From contig JAUZRS010000251.1 in assembly GCA_030950195.1 (NCBI GenBank), positions 1 to 52,209 on the forward strand: a DNA stretch of 52,209 nucleotides, in the 5' to 3' direction. Source of the DNA: Gammaproteobacteria bacterium (GTDB taxonomy: Bacteria > Pseudomonadota > Gammaproteobacteria > JAUZRS01). Under the pieces are notes generated by a model. The model searched no databases. It worked only from the letters and a program-made list of their open reading frames with translations, and was not told where the DNA came from. This document shows positions 44,536-52,209 of this stretch, in pieces; positions within the stretch are counted from its first letter, which is position 1, and every line of letters begins with the position of its first letter. Position numbers and translations under genes: made by a program.

Positions 44536-45921
44536 CTACAATCCACCTTGAGTTAATTTGGCCGGATCAAGTAGACGTTTCAATTCCAGCTCTGATAAAT
44601 CGGTATTTTCCAATGCCACCTCCAGAACAGGGCGGTTTTCACGATACGCCTGCTTGGCAATGGCTGCGCCTTTTTCATAACCAATCACGCCGTTCAGCGC
44701 CGTGACCAAAATGGGATTGCACTCCAAAGCGTGACTCAAATTGTCGTCATTGACCGTGAAACCCGCGATGGCTTTTTCTGCCAACACACGGCTGCCGTTG
44801 GCCAACAGGGTGATGCTCTGCAACAAGTTATACGCGATCATCGGCAACATCACATTGAGCTGAAAATTGCCCGCCTGCGCGCCGACGGTAATCGCGCTGT
44901 CATTGCCCATTACCTGCGCCGCCAGCATACAAATCGCCTCCGGCACCACCGGATTCACCTTACCTGGCATGATGCTGCTGCCCGGTTGCAGCACAGGCAG
45001 AGCAATCTCACCCAACCCCGCCAGCGGTCCGCTGTTCATCCAGCGCAGATCGTTGGCAATTTTCATCAAACTGATGGCCACCACTTTTAGCTGACCGCTC
45101 ATTTCCGCCGCCGCATCTTGGCAACTCAGCGCCTCAAAAGGGTTCTCCATCGTCACGAAGGGAAAACCGCTCTCAGCGGCCAGCACCCGAGCCACCCGCG
45201 AACCAAATTCAACATGAGCGTTGATCCCCGTACCCACCGCCGTGCCACCAGAAGCGATCTCCAACAGACGTGGCAGTGAGGCTTCAATTCGGTCGATACC
45301 GTGGCGAATCTGCGCCGCCCAGCCCCCCAATTCTTGATCCATACGCACCGGCATCGCGTCCATCAGATGGGTGCGACCGGTTTTAACCTTACCTTTTAGT
45401 TCGTCGGCACGCGCTTCAATGACCTCAGCCAACTGCACCAGCGCGGGCAGCAGTTGCTCGTGCAGCGCCAGCACAGCGGCGATGTGAATCGAGCTAGGAA
45501 ACACATCATTGGAGCTTTGGCTCATATTGACGTGATCGTTGGGGTGAACCGTTTCGTTGCCGTAACCGCTGGCCAGATGCGCCACCACTTCGTTGCAGTT
45601 CATGTTCGAGCTGGTACCGGAACCGGTCTGAAAAATATCCACCGGAAAATGTGCGTCGTGTTGACCGGAGGCGACCTCCAGTGCCGCCTTTTGAATCGAG
45701 CCGCAGCGATCTTGATTGAGCAGCCCAAGATCAAAATTGGCCTGCGCGCAGGCGTGTTTTAACAGCCCCAACGCACGAATCATCTCACGGGGCAGGCGCA
45801 AACCACTGATGGGGAAATTCTCCACCGCTCGCTGGGTTTGCGCACCGTACAAGGCCTCTTTCGGCACCTGTAACGCCCCCATGCTGTCGTGTTCACTGCG
45901 AAATTTCACCTGACTCATCAC
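44536..45921 (-). CDS. fumC: Class II fumarate hydratase (fumarase/aspartase superfamily)
   Basis: RSEHDSMGALQVP...GAQTQR, QTGSGTSSNMN, SQSSNDVFP and the GSSIMPGKVNP signature. Overall closer to FumC than to AspA. Confidence 0.8.
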   Translation of the reverse strand: MMSQVKFRSEHDSMGALQVPKEALYGAQTQRAVENFPISGLRLPREMIRALGLLKHACAQANFDLGLLNQDRCGSIQKAALEVASGQHDAHFPVDIFQTGSGTSSNMNCNEVVAHLASGYGNETVHPNDHVNMSQSSNDVFPSSIHIAAVLALHEQLLPALVQLAEVIEARADELKGKVKTGRTHLMDAMPVRMDQELGGWAAQIRHGIDRIEASLPRLLEIASGGTAVGTGINAHVEFGSRVARVLAAESGFPFVTMENPFEALSCQDAAAEMSGQLKVVAISLMKIANDLRWMNSGPLAGLGEIALPVLQPGSSIMPGKVNPVVPEAICMLAAQVMGNDSAITVGAQAGNFQLNVMLPMIAYNLLQSITLLANGSRVLAEKAIAGFTVNDDNLSHALECNPILVTALNGVIGYEKGAAIAKQAYRENRPVLEVALENTDLSELELKRLLDPAKLTQGGL

Positions 45922-46106
45922 ACCTCCTCCAATCGATCACAGACAAATTATAGGCGCAGTTTAGCGGTTTCCTGCTCACAGGCCTAATCTTCTGCACCAA
46001 GGAGGGTGTTCAAAAAACCAACCCCAAACCAAGCAAGCAAAAAAAGTCACCAGCCCGTCACAACAGTTAGGTATAATTAAGACTTTCTTTACTTTCCGGA
46101 CACGTC

Positions 46107-47054
46107 ATGAGCAGCAGTTTAAAAGAAGCCATCTACCGTCAGCGTGAGCACCTCGCAGCTCTGTTGAGCAAAAGCATGCGCACTTTGGCCAAAAACAGCG
46201 CAACACAACTGCATAATCGCACCGCCCTAGAGAAGATACTGCAACAGGCTCTGACAGAAATTCGCTGCAAACACCTCTATATTATGGATCAAAACGGCAT
46301 TCAGTTGACCGATAACGTCACCGATGACGGCCTTGATGAAGCACACTTTGGCCGTGATCGTCTCGACCGTCCTTACATGCAAGACATTATCGGCAGCACC
46401 GATTTTAAACTCTCTGAAGCCTACATCAGCCGCAACAACAAACGCCCTTCTCTAACCGCCATTCAAGTAATTCGAGATGCCGAGCAGCAGCACATCGGTT
46501 TTCTGGGAGCGGATTACGACCTGCGTGAACTGCCAGGTACCGAAGAGATTTATCAAGAGTCGCACGATTGGCGACAGATCAAAGGCGACCCCGCCATTCG
46601 TGGCGGCCTGTTTGCTCAACAGCGAGCGGAGAGCGCGATGGATGGCAACCTCGACACCATCCTGCCGTTGATGAACGAATTGATGGTTAACCACGGTGTA
46701 TTTCACTGCAAGCTGCATTTTTCCAGCAGCCGTGCCACCATCTGGGCGCTGGACAGCCCGTACGCCTATCGACTGCTCAATTTTGATGAGTTAATTGATC
46801 CCGACACCTGTCTCGCCTACCCACGTCGCCCGTATCTACAGCAATCCATTGTCGCTCCCAATGAGATTTTACCCATTTTGGAAATGGGGCAGCAGCTGCG
46901 TTTTGCCGATGAGACGGTCTATCTGCGCTCTCTTTCGCTAAACCTCTGCAACGGCATGGTGGCACTCAATTTTTCCTGCGACGGTACACACTACCTGCGT
47001 TTTGATGAGTTTCTCAAACGCGGTTTGAATTTTTGGTTTGGCGAGCTGTTTTAA
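46107..47054 (+). CDS. Hypothetical cytoplasmic protein with possible Cache/PDC-like N-terminal half
   Basis: 315-aa ORF with a TATAAT box at 46072-46077. The segment LYIMDQNGIQLTDNV...RPYMQDI...LSEAYISRNNKRPSLTAIQVI...IGFLGADYDL resembles Cache-type sensor modules. No TM segment or output domain seen. Confidence 0.4.
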   Translation: MSSSLKEAIYRQREHLAALLSKSMRTLAKNSATQLHNRTALEKILQQALTEIRCKHLYIMDQNGIQLTDNVTDDGLDEAHFGRDRLDRPYMQDIIGSTDFKLSEAYISRNNKRPSLTAIQVIRDAEQQHIGFLGADYDLRELPGTEEIYQESHDWRQIKGDPAIRGGLFAQQRAESAMDGNLDTILPLMNELMVNHGVFHCKLHFSSSRATIWALDSPYAYRLLNFDELIDPDTCLAYPRRPYLQQSIVAPNEILPILEMGQQLRFADETVYLRSLSLNLCNGMVALNFSCDGTHYLRFDEFLKRGLNFWFGELF

Positions 47055-47055
47055 A

Positions 47056-49089
47056 CTAAGGCTCACCACTTTTTGCACCATTAAAATAAAGCATGTAACG
47101 TGCGGTTTCATAAAAGGCGCGTCCGTACTCTGCAAGACGTTGCGCTTCATCAGGAAATTCTACCGCCACGTCCCGAGCCGGTGTTTCACTCTGCAAGTCA
47201 TAAAGATAGGTTTTATTTTGCTCGGCTCTAAAATCCGTCGCCGAAATAAAACGCTCGCTCACCACCCCCAAACGACTGTTAAAACCATAAAGAAAAGCCA
47301 ACGAATCGGCATTCTCATTCCGTTGCAGTGCGTCACGTCCCAAGGTGGTATTTTTATAACTCAGACCCGCCAATCCCGCCAAAGTAGGAAACACATCCAG
47401 CTCACTGGTCACCTGAGAAATACGCCGAGGCTGTACATAGTTCGGCGCATAAATAATCAACGGCGTGTGGTAAGTGAATAAATTCAAAGCATCATAGGCT
47501 TTACCCATATGAGGCGAGGGGCTGCTGGTAATGCCGTGATCACCATGAAAAACATAAATCGTATTCTCGCCGTAACCCGCTTGCTCACCTAATTTAATTA
47601 ACTCGCCAATAAAATGATCCACCAGACGCACACCGTTGTAACGCCCTTGCAACGGAAAACCTTGCCACTGTTTTTTATCTTCGGGTAAAGCTTTAATTTC
47701 AAAACTCAGATTATCTTCAGGGATGGTAAAAGGCGGATGATTACCCGCAGTTTGAATCACCGCCACAAAGGGTTTATCTCGGTCATGCTGGGAAAAAACA
47801 GCACTTGCTTCACGAAACAGATCCAAGTCAGAGATGCCCCACACGTCATTTTTAGGCGCAGTGTAGCTGCCCTCTTCGTACAAATTAAGCTCATTAATGT
47901 TGTGCAACAAACCACGAACATTGCCCCAACTGGCACTGCCGCCGATAAAATAATATTTTTCATAGTCTTTAAACTGGTCAAACACCATCTGTTGATCAAC
48001 AATCATTGGATTACGGCTGGCCGTACGCACCGGAGAGACATCGGGAATGCCGGTCAAAAGTGCGAATACCGAACGCGCCGTGCCGCCCACCGGCACATAA
48101 AACCGATCAAAAAACAGCCCTTCACCCGCCAGTCGATCCAAATTGGGCGTGGCGTTTAACGTATTGCCAAACAGCCCCAACTGATTTGCGCCCAAAGACT
48201 CCACCAGCACATAAATAATATTGGGTTTTTTAAGCGTTGAATTGTGACGCTTAGAGACAATTTGACGAGCGTAATTCAACGGTGTTGTGGCCGTTAATGT
48301 TGGCAAGCCTAAATACTTCGCCATCAAGGGATAAGCACGACGCGCTTGCGCCTCATCGTAAGGCTGTTCCACCTCATATTTAAGCGTATCAAAATAGAAC
48401 AGCACTGGATTAAGCGCCAACGCCGAAGCAAAGGCATTGTTGCCCATAAAGGCATCGCTCCAGCGCAGCGGGTACCACGATGCCTTGCCATACAAACCCG
48501 CAAAGGTCAGCAGAAAAACCAACAGAGCAGCGCTTACTTTGGCTCGCCACCCCGTTGCACCCGCCTCTTTTTCGCTCAAAGGGCGCGTGATTTTCTCTAC
48601 AACAAAACCATACAGAACCCAAAGAACAAGCCACAACAAGGTGATTTTCACCATCGGATAACTCTGCCACAACATATCGGCCGAGATCTCAGCGTTGTCA
48701 GCAAAACGCAGTACCGAGGCATTCAGGCGCTCACTGAGATACGCGTAGTGGCCAAAATCGAGAAAATAAGCCAGTGAAACAAACCCCCAACTCAGCAGCA
48801 GATAAACCGACACGAGGTTTTTAAAGCCACTCCGACAGAGCAGATTCAAGCGCGGCAGTGCCGCCAACAGCAGCAGAGGCAAGCTCAACAACAGCGCCAA
48901 GCGCAGATCAAATTTGGCTCCCAGATAAAACGCCTGCACGGTGGTGGCAACCGAAATCGAATCAGAGGGCCAAAAAGAGATTAGAAAACCGAGCCGAAAC
49001 AGCAAGAAAGCAGCAAAATGAAAGAGGGTTAAAAAGAATAAAAAACGCAAACGGCGAGAATGCCAAAAAGGATCGGACTGAGCGGACAT
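47056..49089 (-). CDS. LtaS/MdoB-like sulfatase-family membrane phosphotransferase
   Basis: Five N-terminal TM helices plus an alkaline-phosphatase-superfamily domain (VLVESLG, GGTARS, HGDHG). Confidence 0.75.
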   Translation of the reverse strand: MSAQSDPFWHSRRLRFLFFLTLFHFAAFLLFRLGFLISFWPSDSISVATTVQAFYLGAKFDLRLALLLSLPLLLLAALPRLNLLCRSGFKNLVSVYLLLSWGFVSLAYFLDFGHYAYLSERLNASVLRFADNAEISADMLWQSYPMVKITLLWLVLWVLYGFVVEKITRPLSEKEAGATGWRAKVSAALLVFLLTFAGLYGKASWYPLRWSDAFMGNNAFASALALNPVLFYFDTLKYEVEQPYDEAQARRAYPLMAKYLGLPTLTATTPLNYARQIVSKRHNSTLKKPNIIYVLVESLGANQLGLFGNTLNATPNLDRLAGEGLFFDRFYVPVGGTARSVFALLTGIPDVSPVRTASRNPMIVDQQMVFDQFKDYEKYYFIGGSASWGNVRGLLHNINELNLYEEGSYTAPKNDVWGISDLDLFREASAVFSQHDRDKPFVAVIQTAGNHPPFTIPEDNLSFEIKALPEDKKQWQGFPLQGRYNGVRLVDHFIGELIKLGEQAGYGENTIYVFHGDHGITSSPSPHMGKAYDALNLFTYHTPLIIYAPNYVQPRRISQVTSELDVFPTLAGLAGLSYKNTTLGRDALQRNENADSLAFLYGFNSRLGVVSERFISATDFRAEQNKTYLYDLQSETPARDVAVEFPDEAQRLAEYGRAFYETARYMLYFNGAKSGEP

Positions 49090-49166
49090 AAAAAAACCTT
49101 AACTAAACAGTGGATAAACAGAGCCCCTTCTGGCTCTCTACAATTTTATCCCACCATTTTAAGCCA

Positions 49167-52100
49167 TTAAGGCAACAGAGTGCGAATTTCAACTCGGCGG
49201 TTTTCTACTCGTCCAGCAAGCGTTGCATTATTTCTTAACGGGTGGCGTTCACCATAACCTGTGACCTGCAAACGATGACCACTGACACCGTGCTGAAGCA
49301 AATAGTCCCGCACCGCGTTGGCACGCTCTAAAGAGAGCTGCATATTGTAATCTCGGCTGCCACGACTGTCTGTATGCCCTGCCAGCAGCAAAACAACCTC
49401 ATCATGTTGCATCAACTGCAAAGCCAAATTGTGCAAAACAGTCTGCCCCGCCTCAGATAAAATAGACTGATCGTAGGCAAAACCAATTCGCAATTGAATT
49501 AACAACGGCTCAACCTGAGCAGGCTTTTCTTTAACGTCAACCGCCTGCCTTTGTACGCCAACGGGAGTCGGAAGCGAAGCCGTTTTCACCACGCTAGAAG
49601 AGCGACCCCAACGAGCCTGAAACGCCAGCGCCAACACTTGAGCATCACGATCAAAGTGACTGTAATCCAGTTTAGCACCCCACTGAGAATTAATCGGCCA
49701 CAAAAAACCGGCACCCCAATGGATGCCGATGTCATTCAAATTGCGTAATGCAATTCTCGAATCCGTAGCCTCGGTACTCAACATATGCAACCCCCCTTTT
49801 AGATAAGGTCTGAGCTTTTTTTTCGGCAGCTGAATCAGGTATTCGAGGCTCAGACCATAGGCTTTGTAAGCCAAACTGCCCAGATCGCCAATCTGCGCCA
49901 AACGATGTTTGAGACGCACCTCACCCAGATCCAGCGCAAAACCTTCCAACAACCACTCTTTATGCCATTGAAAACCAACCGCCAAACCCAAGCTCATGGC
50001 ACGATTGTCTGTTATATCAACCCCGAACTGAGTTCGGCTCGGCTGCAAACGACTGATGCCGGTCAATACATTTAACGACCAAGTTGGATTGGGTAACGGT
50101 TCAAGGTTCGCATCAACAGCAGTGGAAGTCCGACTGTAACTGACCGGTGAAAAAGCCAACATCGGCAGAAAAGAGAGCGCTGCTAATTTCTTCCGTCGTA
50201 AAATCAACAAAGAAAACAGCATCAACAACCAAAAGGGTTCCGCGCTGCCCACTCCCGTCACCGAGGTGCTCAAACTGAATTTAATTTCGTTGTCCAGTTG
50301 ATCAGTAATCTCATTACGATTACTGTCCAACAGCGGCAGCGGCCGATCACTGAACTGATCCGACCAACCGTCACCGTTCTGATCAATAAATTGATCCACT
50401 CGACCGTCGTTGTCGTAATCCATACCACCGGCTTCAATGATGTCCATCAAGGTATCGTTGTCTGAATCGTTATCGAGATAATCGGGCAGGCCATCGTTAT
50501 CCGTATCCATCGGCTTCAACGGCATCAGCAACAAGCCATCGGAAAGACCATCGCCATCCAGGTCTACAAACTGATCCCAAAGACCATCGTTGCCCTCATC
50601 CACACCCAAAGCTTCCAGTAGATCCGGCAGACCATCGTTATCGCTGTCCAGATCCAAATAATCAGGAACACCATCACCATCGCTGTCTAACAAACCTTCC
50701 ACCTGATCTGACAGACCATCGTTATCGTCATCCAGATCAAATTCATTCAAAATGCCATCACCGTCACTGTCCAAAATACTGATCACCCAGATCGTACGAA
50801 TCAGCTCAGGGGCTGCATTGCCCGAGCTGTCACTGACGGCATAACGTAAGGTGTAAATCCCAGCCACCTCACTCTCCACCTGACCGCTCACCTGTACTTG
50901 GGCAGAGAGATCCCCCTCCACCTGATCCAAAGCTTCAAAGCCAGGCTCTTGATAAAGCTCACCTTGCAAGATAGAAAGCGACGCCTCACCCAATAAGGTG
51001 AGACGGGGCGCAGTGAGATCCAGCAACGTCACCTTCTGCTGTGCTTGACTTTGATTGCCATAAAAATCGCTGGCTACCCAAGTGACAAGGGTCTCACCAA
51101 GAGGAAAACGGCTTGGCGCATCGTGGCTGAGGCTCACTGAAAACAGATCGTTTGCCGTCGCCTGACCAAAATCGACCGCCGTTAACAGCGTCTCCGTCAC
51201 CACGATCACATCTGAAGGCAGCATCAACACAGGCACTGTGGTGTCTTGCACCCGCACCGTACGTTGCACAGGCACACTCAAATTACCCGCGACATCACGA
51301 ACGCGGTAATTCAATTGATACGTTCCCGGCAGCGCACTGTTGACCTGCCCTGAAATGTGCACTGCTGCGCTAAGATCACCGTCCACAATATCGGTTGCAA
51401 TGACACCCGCCTCTTGATAAAACTCACCTGCTTCTATGGTCACATTGGCATTGCCCAACAAGGCCAACGATGCAGGCGTACGATCCAACACCGTCACCAC
51501 CCGACTCAATTGCGCAGAATTGCCAAATTGATCGCTGACCTGATAAAGCACCGAATAAACCCCAGGAACATAGGTATTAACCGTACTGCTAACCACCACA
51601 TTGGCACTTAAATCATTACCCAGATCATCCTGCGCCGTGGCACCGGCATCTTGATAACTGTCACCCGCTTCCAAGCTGACATCGCCACCATTAAGCGTGA
51701 TCACTGGAACGTGCAAAGGCACTACCTGCACCGTTCTTAAGACAAAAGAAGCATTACCTCGACTGTCTTGAGCATCGTAACGCAGGGTGTAACTGCCCAA
51801 GGTAAAAGGGTCAACCATACCGCTGACCTGTACTGACGCACCCACATCCCCATCCACCAAATCAACAGCAGTCACTCCCAACTCTTGGTAAGGAGTGCTG
51901 ATTTTTAAGGTCACATTGGCATTGCCATTCAGCCCCATCAAAGGCCCTTGAGTGTCCACTACGGTCACCGTCTCTATCGTCGTAGCACGATTACCAACCA
52001 CATCCACCGCTGTCCAAGTAATGGAGGTGACACCCAAAGGATAAGCATTCAGCCCATTGTGACTCAAGGTCACGGGCGAGGTGTCCAGTACCGTTGGCGG

Positions 52101-52209
52101 CGTTAAGGTCAACGTACTGATTACGCCTGTTGCCTCTAAAATGTGATTCAGTGGTGGTGTAATTTGGGGTGCTGTTTGATCAATCAACAGCGTCACCGCA
52201 GCGGCGGTT
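49167..52209 (-). CDS. Giant surface protein: Ig-like/HYR repeats, thrombospondin type-3 Ca-binding repeats, barrel-like region, OmpA C-terminal domain (5' end beyond window)
   Basis: The frame stays open to the window edge. About five repeats of the LNG.NV.LE.G..YQE.G..A.D.VDGDLS pattern. [22 protein letters not shown] repeats. C-terminal [26 protein letters not shown]...NRRVEI OmpA motif. Confidence 0.8.
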   Translation of the reverse strand, partial: TAAAVTLLIDQTAPQITPPLNHILEATGVISTLTLTPPTVLDTSPVTLSHNGLNAYPLGVTSITWTAVDVVGNRATTIETVTVVDTQGPLMGLNGNANVTLKISTPYQELGVTAVDLVDGDVGASVQVSGMVDPFTLGSYTLRYDAQDSRGNASFVLRTVQVVPLHVPVITLNGGDVSLEAGDSYQDAGATAQDDLGNDLSANVVVSSTVNTYVPGVYSVLYQVSDQFGNSAQLSRVVTVLDRTPASLALLGNANVTIEAGEFYQEAGVIATDIVDGDLSAAVHISGQVNSALPGTYQLNYRVRDVAGNLSVPVQRTVRVQDTTVPVLMLPSDVIVVTETLLTAVDFGQATANDLFSVSLSHDAPSRFPLGETLVTWVASDFYGNQSQAQQKVTLLDLTAPRLTLLGEASLSILQGELYQEPGFEALDQVEGDLSAQVQVSGQVESEVAGIYTLRYAVSDSSGNAAPELIRTIWVISILDSDGDGILNEFDLDDDNDGLSDQVEGLLDSDGDGVPDYLDLDSDNDGLPDLLEALGVDEGNDGLWDQFVDLDGDGLSDGLLLMPLKPMDTDNDGLPDYLDNDSDNDTLMDIIEAGGMDYDNDGRVDQFIDQNGDGWSDQFSDRPLPLLDSNRNEITDQLDNEIKFSLSTSVTGVGSAEPFWLLMLFSLLILRRKKLAALSFLPMLAFSPVSYSRTSTAVDANLEPLPNPTWSLNVLTGISRLQPSRTQFGVDITDNRAMSLGLAVGFQWHKEWLLEGFALDLGEVRLKHRLAQIGDLGSLAYKAYGLSLEYLIQLPKKKLRPYLKGGLHMLSTEATDSRIALRNLNDIGIHWGAGFLWPINSQWGAKLDYSHFDRDAQVLALAFQARWGRSSSVVKTASLPTPVGVQRQAVDVKEKPAQVEPLLIQLRIGFAYDQSILSEAGQTVLHNLALQLMQHDEVVLLLAGHTDSRGSRDYNMQLSLERANAVRDYLLQHGVSGHRLQVTGYGERHPLRNNATLAGRVENRRVEIRTLLP

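Noticed and set aside
44536-45921. Alternative call of aspartate ammonia-lyase, because the signature continues GSSIMPGKVNPVVPE as in AspA.
   Set aside because: The rest of the protein (RSEHDSMGA..VP, GAQTQR, QTGSGTSSNMN, SQSSNDVFP, MKIANDLRW, GNFQLNV) tracks FumC much more closely. It is kept as class II fumarase with residual uncertainty.
1-52209. A search for tRNA, rRNA, tmRNA, transposase or integrase genes, and for a multi-repeat CRISPR array.
   Set aside because: No T-loop-like GGTTCGAATCC motifs, rRNA-like segments, DDE or tyrosine-recombinase ORFs, or regularly spaced repeats were seen. The scan was visual only, so small or divergent RNAs could have been missed.

Overview
This 52.2-kb chromosomal window reads like a dsr-type sulfur-oxidising proteobacterium. 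All calls come from reading the sequence and ORF translations by eye. No database search, covariance model or GC computation was run.

Layout, left to right:
- 1-7.6 kb: distal part of an oxidative-type dsr operon, dsrK (5' truncated by the window edge), dsrL, J, O, P, N and R. There is no dsrS; a Hanks-type Ser/Thr kinase occupies that position.
- 9.4-13.8 kb: a decayed NarL/LuxR-type response-regulator pseudogene, an exported RCC1-repeat beta-propeller, an exported rhodanese, a DUF350-like protein, a lytic transglycosylase and a Sel1/SH3 protein.
- 14-18 kb: a methyltransferase, an ABC-2 exporter pair, a DsrE-like protein and a hexose-6-P mutarotase.
- 18.1-23.0 kb: an RND/MMPL exporter, a LolA-like protein and a putative OM beta-barrel.
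- 23.1-38.0 kb: 14 sizeable co-directional minus-strand genes, plus the short cbtB.
  - An ABC/AAA-type ATPase with a Toprim-like partner, a candidate defence pair.
  - A 376-aa conserved hypothetical gene.
  - A cobalamin-riboswitch-controlled cbtB-cbtA-ChlI/ChlD-cobO operon.
  - A complete type I-C cas operon (cas3-cas5c-cas8c-cas7c-cas4-cas1-cas2).
- 38-52 kb: chrA preceded by a heptanucleotide repeat, sdaA, an IMPase-family gene, a VapBC-type TA pair, a kinase-like phosphotransferase, cmoA, fumC, a hypothetical gene, an LtaS-type sulfatase-family membrane enzyme and a 3'-window-truncated giant Ig/TSP3/OmpA surface protein.

The most interesting point is the CRISPR locus. The array consists of one repeat and no spacer. 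That repeat and its leader abut the riboswitch so closely that they appear to supply the promoter and/or 5' UTR of the cobalt/B12 operon.

Three families of small palindromic intergenic repeats are present. No tRNA, rRNA or transposase gene was seen.
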